The position numbers and the translations under genes were made by a program. A stretch of 35,885 bases of DNA, from NCBI GenBank assembly GCA_014380115.1, contig JACMKK010000052.1, positions 1 through 35,885 of the forward strand. Direction: 5' to 3'. The stretch comes from Luteimonas sp. (GTDB lineage Bacteria > Pseudomonadota > Gammaproteobacteria > Xanthomonadales > Xanthomonadaceae). Positions 28,499 to 35,885 of the stretch are shown here, in pieces. The notes under the pieces were generated by a model that had not been told where the DNA came from, did no database searches, and saw only the letters and a list, made by a program, of their open reading frames with translations. Position 1 is the first letter of the stretch, and each line of letters starts with the position of its first letter.

Positions 28499-29146
28499 AT
28501 GCCTTGGACCCGCGATCAAATGGCGCAACGCGCCGCGCAGGAGCTAAGCGACGGCGCCTATGTCAATCTCGGCATCGGCTTGCCCACGTTGGTCGCCAAC
28601 TTCATTCCCGATGGGATGGATGTCTGGCTGCAATCCGAAAACGGGTTGCTCGGCATCGGTCCTTTTCCGCTGGAGTCCGAAGTCGATGCCGACCTCATCA
28701 ATGCCGGCAAGCAGACCGTCACCGCGCGTCCTGGCGCAAGTTATTTCGGCAGCCACGATTCGTTCGCGATGATCCGTGGCGGCCATATCGACCTGGCGAT
28801 CCTCGGTGCCATGCAGGTCACGGACAAGGGTGACCTCGCCAACTGGATGGTGCCGGGCAAGATGGTGAAGGGCATGGGCGGCGCGATGGACCTCGTTGCC
28901 GGCGTCAAGCGCGTCGTGGTGCTCATGGAGCACACGGCCAAGGACGGCAGCCACAAGATCCTGCCGCAATGCGATCTGCCGCTGACGGGACTCGGCGTCG
29001 TCGACCGCATCATCACCGAACTCGCTGTTTTCGACGTGACCGCGGACGGCCTGGATCTGGTGGAAATTGCACCGGACGTCGAACTGGAAACGCTGCGCGA
29101 GAAGACCGGGTGCGCATTCAGCTGGTCCGGTTCCGCAGCGGCGTGA
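28499..29146 (+). CDS. scoB: 3-oxoacid CoA-transferase subunit B (Xanthomonas LpsJ-like)
   Basis: [15 protein letters not shown] (catalytic Glu), [25 protein letters not shown]. Confidence 0.94.
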   Translation: MPWTRDQMAQRAAQELSDGAYVNLGIGLPTLVANFIPDGMDVWLQSENGLLGIGPFPLESEVDADLINAGKQTVTARPGASYFGSHDSFAMIRGGHIDLAILGAMQVTDKGDLANWMVPGKMVKGMGGAMDLVAGVKRVVVLMEHTAKDGSHKILPQCDLPLTGLGVVDRIITELAVFDVTADGLDLVEIAPDVELETLREKTGCAFSWSGSAAA

Positions 29147-29282
29147 GCCAGCGGATGCAATGACACTGTGATGGCCGGCCCGCGTTGCAGGATGCTGGTG
29201 GTCTTTTTCAACGATGTGAGGCATCCGCGGCCTCGCTTTGGTGGTATCTAGAGTCGTGAACAACATGCCAGAGGCGGGATTG

Positions 29283-31580
29283 ATGAGGTGGATGCTTGCG
29301 TGCGGCATGGTGGCGGCGCTCGCTGCCTGTTCGTCCGGACACGATGCCGAGGTAGCCAAAGCCGATTCCGGGCGCACCGCGACAGCTACCGCGTTGCAGC
29401 CAGTCGTCGCGACGGCGGTGCTTCCGTCATCGGCCGGTTATGCAAGTTCGCCCGACCGCGGCGTCGTGGCCGAATACCGAGTCGAAACTGGCCACCGCCG
29501 AGGGGCCTACACCTGGTACGCGAGCCAGGTCAGCGAGCAGCATGCCCTGCACGCGATCATCGACGGTCCGCTACGCATCGCCAGCCCGAGCGGCAGCATC
29601 CTCAATTACAGATACGAACGCCACGTCGAGCACGCCTCGGGCGACTGGACCTGGATCGGACGTCTGGAAGGTGGCGGACCCTTCGACGAGGCACTGATCA
29701 CATTCGGGTCCAAGGCTGCCTACGGCGCATTGTCCGAGACGGGCAAGCCGCCGCTGCAACTGGTGATGCGTGACGGCGCAAGCTGGCTGGTGGCGACCGA
29801 TGCGATGGCGTTGAAGCAGGCCAGCAGAAGTTCGACAGGCCCGCGGCCGCCGGATTTCATCGTTCCACCCAAACGTCACGGTGTATCCGACAGCGCCGTT
29901 GGCATGGCGCAAAAAGGCACTGGCACGACGGTGGTCGACCTCATCATCGGTTACACGCCCGGCTTTGCGACGGCGCAAGGGGGCGACTCGGCAGCACTGA
30001 CACGGCTTAATTTTCTGGTGGAGGTTGGTAACCAGGCGTATTCCAACAGCCAAGTCAATGCGCAGGTCCGATTGGTCCATGCCATGCGCGTTACCTATGC
30101 CGATAACACCGACAACAACATTGCGCTGGAAGAACTGACCGGCTTCCGTGCGCCCTCCACGCAGATCCCCCCTGCCGCGGCCTTTTCCGCATTGCGTGCG
30201 GCCCGCAACCAGTACGGCGCGGATCTCGTGTCGCTGGTGAGGAAGTTCAACGTGCCGGAGAACGCGGGGTGCGGTGTCGCTTGGCTGATCGGCGGCGACC
30301 TGCAAGGCATCAGTGCCGCGGATGAGTTCTTCGGTTACTCGGTCGTCAGCGATGGTGCCGACGGCAACAATTTCTGCCTGCCGGAATCGCTGGCGCACGA
30401 ACTGGGGCACAACATGGGCTCGACCCATGATGCGGCCAATTCGAGTTCGCCGGGGGCCTTCAGCTATTCGTACGGCTACAAGACGACCCAGCCCAATGGC
30501 ACCGGATTTCATACCGTCATGGCCTACGGCGACAGCGGCCAACCGATCGCGCGCTTGTTCTCGAACCCCAGGATCAGCAACTGCCTGGGCATTCCTTGCG
30601 GCACCGCCAACGCCGACAACGCGCGCAGTCTGACGCAGACCATTCCCATCGTCGCCACATTCCGCAATGAAGTGGTTCCGCCGCCCGCACGCAAGGTCAC
30701 GCGTGACGTCGATGGCGACGGCAGGTCGGATTTCATGATGCACAGCGTCAGCCTGAACCGGTTCGCCTGGTGGCGAATGAACGGAGCGGCGATCCAGCAG
30801 GGGCTGTCCGTCGCTACCGGTGCCGGCTACGCGCCCGTCGGAACCGGTGATTTCAACGGCGACGGCAAAGGCGACCTGATGTGGCTGCGTGCCGCCAGCC
30901 GCCAGCTGCTACTTCAGGTCAGCAATGGCGCGGGTTTCGTCAATGTGTTCCAGGGCGCGCTCGACAGCGGATGGAACGTCGTCGGCGCGGCGGATGTCAC
31001 CGGTGACGGCAAATCGGATGTGCTCTTGCACAATCCAACCACTCGCCAGTTCGAATACATGGCCATGAACGGTGGCATCGTGGCCGCCGTCCGCACCATC
31101 GGCGGCGTGGGCACCGGCTACCGCGTCGCGGGCTATGGCGACGTCAACGCCGACGGCAAGGCCGACCTCCTCTGGACCAGCGCAGCACGCGACCTCTACG
31201 TCTGGGCCAGCAACGGCGAAACCTTCACCTCCGCACGGGTCGGCGATTACGGTTCGGGCTTCAATGTTGTCGGCATGGCTGACGTGGATGGCGATGGCAG
31301 GTCGGACATCCTGTTCCACAATCCGACCACGCGCATCTTCCACTATCGGCTCATGCGTGGTTTCAGCAGTGCGGGAAGTCAATCGATCAGCGGTATCGGC
31401 GCGGGCTACTCGATCGCCGCGTACGGCGATTACAACGGCGATGGCAAGGCCGACCTGGCCTGGTCGCACGCGGGCACGCGTCTGGTCTACATCTGGATCG
31501 GGAACGGCACGACCTTCGCGTCCGCTTTTGCCGGTTCGTATCCGTCAGGCTGGCAACCGGCGCCGCCGGCGAACCGCTAG
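29283..31580 (+). CDS. Lipoprotein metzincin (reprolysin-like/M72-like) metallopeptidase with C-terminal FG-GAP/VCBS repeats
   Basis: Lipobox LAAC, prodomain, ADLVSL, CGVAW, HELGHNMGSTH zinc motif, Met-turn TVMAY, FSNP, six D-x-D/N-G-D-G-K/R-x-D repeats. Exact start uncertain (29238-29292). Confidence 0.88.
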   Translation: MRWMLACGMVAALAACSSGHDAEVAKADSGRTATATALQPVVATAVLPSSAGYASSPDRGVVAEYRVETGHRRGAYTWYASQVSEQHALHAIIDGPLRIASPSGSILNYRYERHVEHASGDWTWIGRLEGGGPFDEALITFGSKAAYGALSETGKPPLQLVMRDGASWLVATDAMALKQASRSSTGPRPPDFIVPPKRHGVSDSAVGMAQKGTGTTVVDLIIGYTPGFATAQGGDSAALTRLNFLVEVGNQAYSNSQVNAQVRLVHAMRVTYADNTDNNIALEELTGFRAPSTQIPPAAAFSALRAARNQYGADLVSLVRKFNVPENAGCGVAWLIGGDLQGISAADEFFGYSVVSDGADGNNFCLPESLAHELGHNMGSTHDAANSSSPGAFSYSYGYKTTQPNGTGFHTVMAYGDSGQPIARLFSNPRISNCLGIPCGTANADNARSLTQTIPIVATFRNEVVPPPARKVTRDVDGDGRSDFMMHSVSLNRFAWWRMNGAAIQQGLSVATGAGYAPVGTGDFNGDGKGDLMWLRAASRQLLLQVSNGAGFVNVFQGALDSGWNVVGAADVTGDGKSDVLLHNPTTRQFEYMAMNGGIVAAVRTIGGVGTGYRVAGYGDVNADGKADLLWTSAARDLYVWASNGETFTSARVGDYGSGFNVVGMADVDGDGRSDILFHNPTTRIFHYRLMRGFSSAGSQSISGIGAGYSIAAYGDYNGDGKADLAWSHAGTRLVYIWIGNGTTFASAFAGSYPSGWQPAPPANR
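30705..31560 (+). repeat. Six FG-GAP-like repeats arranged as three two-repeat units (intragenic)
   Basis: DVDGDGRSD, DFNGDGKGD, DVTGDGKSD, DVNADGKAD, DVDGDGRSD, DYNGDGKAD. Repeats 3 and 5 share HNPTTR; even-numbered repeats share DL.W...NG..F. Confidence 0.85.
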
Positions 31581-31671
31581 TTCGCACAAGGCCATGCGGG
31601 TTTGCGGTCGCGGTAGGCTGCGAGCGTGTGCCCGGGGGCGGCATGGTTCCGGCTCGAGCGGGAGGCCTCGC

Positions 31672-32355
31672 CTACTTGCGGCAGCTGATGAATAGCTTGG
31701 CCTGGAAATACCTACCCACCAGCGGCAGGTGGCTGAGCCAGTGGATCGTACGGAAGATGTTGAAGTGCGCCAGATAGCGCACCTGCATGTCTTCGCGCCT
31801 GAAGCCGCATTGTTCCAGCAATGCTAGATACTGCGCCGCGTCGCGCACGGCGATGTGCTGCGGGAACTGCTTCGCCAGGCCGACATCCTTCATCCATTCC
31901 CAGAAGAAGGTCAGGTTGGGCGTATAGATGTACAGGTGTCCGCCGGGTTTCAGGATGTCGTGCGCGCCACGGAAGATCTGCAGGAAGTCCTTGTCGTAGA
32001 CGTGCTCGCTGAAATCATTGGCGGTGACCACGTCGTACTCACCATGGTGGCGCGCGCAGAACGAGACGATGTCCTCGCAATGGAACGTCGCGTTCGTGAC
32101 GCCTTTCTCGGCCGCGATACGGCGCGCCGCGACGACGAAATCTGGGGAGAAATCGATGCCTTCGTAGCTGGCAACCTCGTGCTGTACGAGCGCCGACAGC
32201 GGACCGGTACCGCAGGCGAAGTCGACCAGCCGCGTCGTCGACGACAATGCCATCAACGGAACCAGCCGCGTCATGCGGCTGATCGGGATCGAGTCGAGCA
32301 GCTCGACGTAATCGCCAGAATGCATGTCGCGGCGCTGGTCTTCGCTTAGTTGCAT
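31672..32355 (-). CDS. Class I SAM-dependent methyltransferase
   Basis: LVDFACGTG, GIDFS, DFSEHV, ILKPGG, YTPN. GAGG RBS upstream. Confidence 0.9.
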   Translation of the reverse strand: MQLSEDQRRDMHSGDYVELLDSIPISRMTRLVPLMALSSTTRLVDFACGTGPLSALVQHEVASYEGIDFSPDFVVAARRIAAEKGVTNATFHCEDIVSFCARHHGEYDVVTANDFSEHVYDKDFLQIFRGAHDILKPGGHLYIYTPNLTFFWEWMKDVGLAKQFPQHIAVRDAAQYLALLEQCGFRREDMQVRYLAHFNIFRTIHWLSHLPLVGRYFQAKLFISCRK

Positions 32356-32373
32356 GTTCGCTGTCCTCGGGAT

Positions 32374-33171
32374 TCAGGACGCCAAGGCGACCAGGTTGAC
32401 GGACGGCGCCGCATCGGCCGCGATGCGTACGTCATCGATCGTGAACGGGTACTCGCGCGGCTCGCCACTGCGCGCGCCTTCGCCGCGAATGCGATGGATG
32501 GTGTTGAGGGCGGACACGCGCCAGCTGTCTGGCATGATCGGCAGCGTGAATGGCAGGGTCATCCATTTCACCTTGCTGCAGCGGCGAAGTTCGATGTCGA
32601 TCATCTCCGGCTTCGCGGTCATGCCCAGCACGTCGACGCGATCGAAGTAGCGCGACATCTTGCCAGCAAGTTCGCGCTTGCCGTACTCGTGCACGTGCCA
32701 GCGGTTCCAGGGTCGCTGCAGCGGCAGCAGACGTGTGCTCCGGTCTGGCGTCACCAGCACCAGCTGTCCTTGCGGCACCAGCACCCTGCGGATCTCGGAC
32801 AGGTAGTGCGCGGTGTCCAGCACGTGCTCGAAGACCTGGAACGACAGCACCGTGTCGAAGCTTGCATCTTCGAACGGCAGACGCGCAGTCGGGTCGATCG
32901 CGCGGAACTCCAGGTTGTCGTGGCGAAACTGCGTGCGCGCGTAGGCAACGGCGTCCTCGGCGACATCGACCGCGGTCACGTGCGCGGCGGTCTGCGCGAT
33001 CTGCGCGGAGCCGTAACCACTGCCGCAGCCAAAATCGAGCACGCGCTTGCCCTGCGTGAATTGCTCGGCGAAGCGGTAGGTGGCGACGTGCAGCAGGTAG
33101 ATCACATAGTCCTCGGGCGAGGACTTGTAATGCTCCATGATCATCCGTTCGCCGGTGGGTTCCAGTTTCAT
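32374..33171 (-). CDS. Class I SAM-dependent methyltransferase (TGER-type, glycan-locus associated)
   Basis: MKLEPTGER, VLDFGCGSGYG, AVDVA, SFQVFEHV, VTP, N.WHVHEY. Start at 33171. Confidence 0.9.
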   Translation of the reverse strand: MKLEPTGERMIMEHYKSSPEDYVIYLLHVATYRFAEQFTQGKRVLDFGCGSGYGSAQIAQTAAHVTAVDVAEDAVAYARTQFRHDNLEFRAIDPTARLPFEDASFDTVLSFQVFEHVLDTAHYLSEIRRVLVPQGQLVLVTPDRSTRLLPLQRPWNRWHVHEYGKRELAGKMSRYFDRVDVLGMTAKPEMIDIELRRCSKVKWMTLPFTLPIMPDSWRVSALNTIHRIRGEGARSGEPREYPFTIDDVRIAADAAPSVNLVALAS

Positions 33172-33227
33172 GTCGTTATGGTCGGGAGAAATGCAAGGAC
33201 GACGCGTCGGGTGCAGCGCCGCGCAGT

Positions 33228-34025
33228 TTATCGCCTGCGCGCGCGCACGATGTAGCCGCTGCCCCAATCCTTCTTCAGGAACAGCTTCTGGGTGGCGAGG
33301 AAGAAACGGATCGCGAGCCGGCCCGGCAGCGACTTGAGCAGTGGATACAGGCGCAGGTGCGGCCTGCGATCGATGCCGCTGCGATCGTTGTTGGCTTGCC
33401 GGTCGAGCTCGGAGGAGTCGTGCTGGCGATGGATGAGCTTGCGGTAGGCCGAAGCGCTGACGCGCTCGGTGATATTGGTCAGCGGAAAGCCGTAGCACTC
33501 GAAGGTCTCGATCTCGAAACCCGATGCCTGCAGCAGATCGATCAACTGGCCGCGTTCGTAGCGGCGGAAGTGGCCGGCCCATTCGTCGCCAGCGGTCCAC
33601 AGCTTCATCCGCGCCGGGACCGACAGCAGCAAAGTGCCGCCGGGCTTGAGCCATGAGGCCCACGCCTTGAGTACGCCAGCATCGTCCTCGATGTGCTCGA
33701 GCACATCGAACGAGAACAGGTAATCGAATCTTCCTTCCCAACCCGGTTGCACGGCATCGTGGATGCGGACGTTCTGGCCCGAGACCGCGATCAGTTCGCG
33801 AGCCAGCTCGCGCGCCTCTTCCGACAGCTCGAGGGCCTCGCAATGGAAGCCGTTGCTGGCGAACTCGATCAGCAACGTGCCCGCCCCGGGGCCGGTTTCC
33901 AGCAGGCGTCCGGAGCGCAGGCCGCGTGTCATGTCGACGATGCGGGCGCGCCGCATCAGATAGCGCGGTGCGGGCACCCATCCCTGTTCAGGAAACGAGG
34001 GACCAAGCAGGGCGTCGCTGATCAT
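33228..34025 (-). CDS. Class I SAM-dependent methyltransferase
   Basis: LLETGPGAG, FDVLEHIEDD, LKPGG, SVPA, DEWAGHFRRY. Start MISDAL at 34025. Confidence 0.9.
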   Translation of the reverse strand: MISDALLGPSFPEQGWVPAPRYLMRRARIVDMTRGLRSGRLLETGPGAGTLLIEFASNGFHCEALELSEEARELARELIAVSGQNVRIHDAVQPGWEGRFDYLFSFDVLEHIEDDAGVLKAWASWLKPGGTLLLSVPARMKLWTAGDEWAGHFRRYERGQLIDLLQASGFEIETFECYGFPLTNITERVSASAYRKLIHRQHDSSELDRQANNDRSGIDRRPHLRLYPLLKSLPGRLAIRFFLATQKLFLKKDWGSGYIVRARRR

Positions 34026-34113
34026 GGCCAAGGCGGGATCCTGGGGTTCTGCCGATTGCGTGCATGGGCCGCGCTTGCGTGGCGGCGGCTTGCAGGACGC
34101 GGCTGGAGCGCGT

Positions 34114-35058
34114 TCAAGGCTTGCGGCGCAGCCACGCCATCTGCGCGAGCCCGGCGGCGAAGCACAGCATATCACCGAGGGTCGTGACGATCCGCAGCGC
34201 CAGGATCAGCAGCGAGGTTTCGGCGGCGCCCATGCTGCCGCCCAGCATCAGCATCAGCAGCGCTTCGCGTACGCCAATCCCCGCAGGTGCGCCCGGCGTC
34301 ACGAAACCCACGACCCATGCGATCGCGAAGGCAGCAGTCAGCAATGCGAAGTCGAGCCGGGCCTCCGGAAACAACCCCACGGCCAATAACGATGTGGCTG
34401 CGCCGATCACCAGGTAAGCGAGCGTGTAGATCGCAATCAGCAGCGGCGGCGTTGTCCAGCCCGGCGCGCGCAACGGCTCCGCCGCGAAATCGCGCGCGCG
34501 CGCGATCCTTGCGACGAGACGGGGCAGGTACCGACCCAACAACGGGATCGCGCCCAGGCCGGCGACCGCCACCGCGATCGCCGTCGCCAGTGCCGCGCCA
34601 CGCCCTTGCAACAGCAGCGCCAGGCCGGGCTCCGACAGCGCGCTGCAGGCCAGTCCCACCAGCACGCCGGCCAGCATCAGCAATAGCACTTCGTACGCCA
34701 TGCTGGCCACCAGCACCGGCGCCGGAATGCCCTGCGCCAGCGCCAGTCCGATGCGGCCGAGATGCTGGCCGACGTTGCCGGGCAGATATTTACCTGCCTG
34801 CGTGGTGAGCAGGATCGCATTGAGCGGCACGAACGGCTGCCGATGCCCCAGGCTCGCCAGCAGGCGCTGCCAGGCGTAGGCGCTGATCGGCACGGTCAGC
34901 GAATACAGCAACATTGCCAGGATGATCGCCATGACGGTCCGCACCGACAGATGCGCGCGCAGGTCCTCGATGTTCAGCGACGACAGGACATAACCAACGA
35001 AGGCAATGCTGCCGGCGATGGCCAGCGCCATGCCGATCCATCGCACCCAACGCTTCAC
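34114..35058 (-). CDS. Lysylphosphatidylglycerol-synthase TM / flippase-like (UPF0104) membrane protein
   Basis: W..LL, GKYLPG, TPGAPAGIGVRE, R.VTTLGD, ~8 TMs. GTG 35058 overlaps the GT4 stop (alternative ATG 35091). Confidence 0.85.
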   Translation of the reverse strand: MKRWVRWIGMALAIAGSIAFVGYVLSSLNIEDLRAHLSVRTVMAIILAMLLYSLTVPISAYAWQRLLASLGHRQPFVPLNAILLTTQAGKYLPGNVGQHLGRIGLALAQGIPAPVLVASMAYEVLLLMLAGVLVGLACSALSEPGLALLLQGRGAALATAIAVAVAGLGAIPLLGRYLPRLVARIARARDFAAEPLRAPGWTTPPLLIAIYTLAYLVIGAATSLLAVGLFPEARLDFALLTAAFAIAWVVGFVTPGAPAGIGVREALLMLMLGGSMGAAETSLLILALRIVTTLGDMLCFAAGLAQMAWLRRKP

Positions 35059-35885
35059 GACGGTTGTCCCTGCATCAGTATTTCGATGCATTGCCGCCCG
35101 ATAGCGGCGGGCGTGAAGCGGGCCACCAGCGCGCCACGTCGCGGATCGGATGCCGGCGGCTCGTTGCGCCATGCCAGCAGCGCATCGGCCAAGACTCGGG
35201 CATTGCCGGCGTCGACGAGGGCGATGTCGGTATACGCGTCACCGGCCAGTTCGCGAATGCCGGGCGAATCGCGCGTGATCAGCGGTTTGTGGGCGGCGAG
35301 TATCTGGAACACCTTGTTCGGAATCACGCTCGTTGCCTTGTCCGAGGTGCCGAAGATGCCGAGGCAGACGTCCGCGTCGCGGATATGGCCCAGGAGGTCC
35401 TCGTATTCGACCCATTCGAGCAGGCTTACCCGCGCCAGCGGCACTTCCCGCAGCATCGCCTGCACGCGCTGACTTTCCTGGCCACGGCCGATCAGCAGCC
35501 AGTCGATCGGCTCGTCGCGCAGCTGCCTGGCCGCCTCGATGATCGTGCTCAGTCCATGCAGCGGTATGAATTGTCCATAGAACAACACCTTCATCGGATC
35601 GACCTGCATCGGAGCAACCTGCATCGGAGCGACCCGACCCGATGGCCCGTTCGCGGCAACGGAGGCGCCGTCGAACACGCTGTCCTCCACCCCGACCCAG
35701 ACTCGCCCGCAAGCGCCTGCCTGCAGACCAAACATGGCTTCCATGCGCGCGGCATGGGCGCGCGTATCCATGAACACCACGTCGGCCAGGCGAACGGCCA
35801 TCCATTCGACGCCCCGCAGCACCCATGCGAGCGGATGGCGCTTGCCGACCAGTTTGCGATCCTCGACCACGGTGTCGTAAGCCGA
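35055..35885 (-). CDS. Glycosyltransferase family 4 (GT-B), 5'-truncated by window edge
   Basis: Frame is open to the window end (SAYDTVVEDR); VLFYGQFIPLHG, LIGRG, DVCLGIFG, VIPNKVFQ. Confidence 0.9.
   Translation of the reverse strand, partial: SAYDTVVEDRKLVGKRHPLAWVLRGVEWMAVRLADVVFMDTRAHAARMEAMFGLQAGACGRVWVGVEDSVFDGASVAANGPSGRVAPMQVAPMQVDPMKVLFYGQFIPLHGLSTIIEAARQLRDEPIDWLLIGRGQESQRVQAMLREVPLARVSLLEWVEYEDLLGHIRDADVCLGIFGTSDKATSVIPNKVFQILAAHKPLITRDSPGIRELAGDAYTDIALVDAGNARVLADALLAWRNEPPASDPRRGALVARFTPAAIGRQCIEILMQGQPS
35587..35634. repeat. 3 x 15-bp in-frame tandem repeat inside GT4
   Basis: accttcatcggatcg / acctgcatcggagca / acctgcatcggagcg, encoding VAPMQ-VAPMQ-VDPMK on the minus strand. 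Confidence 0.9.

Noticed and set aside
33172-33981. 535-aa extended methyltransferase suggesting a frameshifted fusion
   Set aside because: The extension is an alternate frame of the upstream methyltransferase, which has its own stop at 33228; no slippery site was seen.
1-35885. CRISPR array, transposase, prophage or anti-phage defence genes
   Set aside because: No regularly spaced direct repeats or corresponding protein motifs were seen.

Overview
High-GC Xanthomonadaceae-like (Lysobacter/Luteimonas-type; inferred from gene order, not from a database search) chromosomal window. Left ~11 kb is conserved housekeeping: 3' part of speD, coq7, rplM-rpsI, tRNA-Gln(CTG), a 2OG-Fe(II) dioxygenase, FAH-family hydrolase, maiA, an orphan PilU-like ATPase, a DUF4398 lipoprotein plus coiled-coil partner, a YdcH/DUF465 protein, cystathionine beta-synthase and metB. 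After metB lies a ~25 kb variable surface-glycan locus with three parts. (i) An ABC-transporter O-antigen module: double-GT2, wzm, wzt with a C-terminal carbohydrate-binding domain, and a 1087-aa beta-propeller/coiled-coil/GT2/GT4 fusion. (ii) A lipid-carrier periplasmic glycosylation module: GtrA, two polyprenol-P-sugar synthase-like GT2s, an atypical SDR, a methyltransferase, two divergent GT-C-like membrane proteins, and a lipoprotein sharing a domain with one of them. (iii) A GT4, a flippase-like protein and three tandem methyltransferases. A CoA-transferase pair and a metzincin/FG-GAP lipoprotein interrupt the locus. The best novelty candidate is the 1087-aa fusion: a DUF4915-like propeller with an arylsulfotransferase-like His/Asn/Arg constellation sits where chain-terminating enzymes normally sit, in front of a molecular-ruler coiled coil. 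A highly structured ~330-nt intergenic region (7684-8010) is a candidate ncRNA or leader. No CRISPR, integrase or transposase was seen. All calls come from reading motifs by eye.
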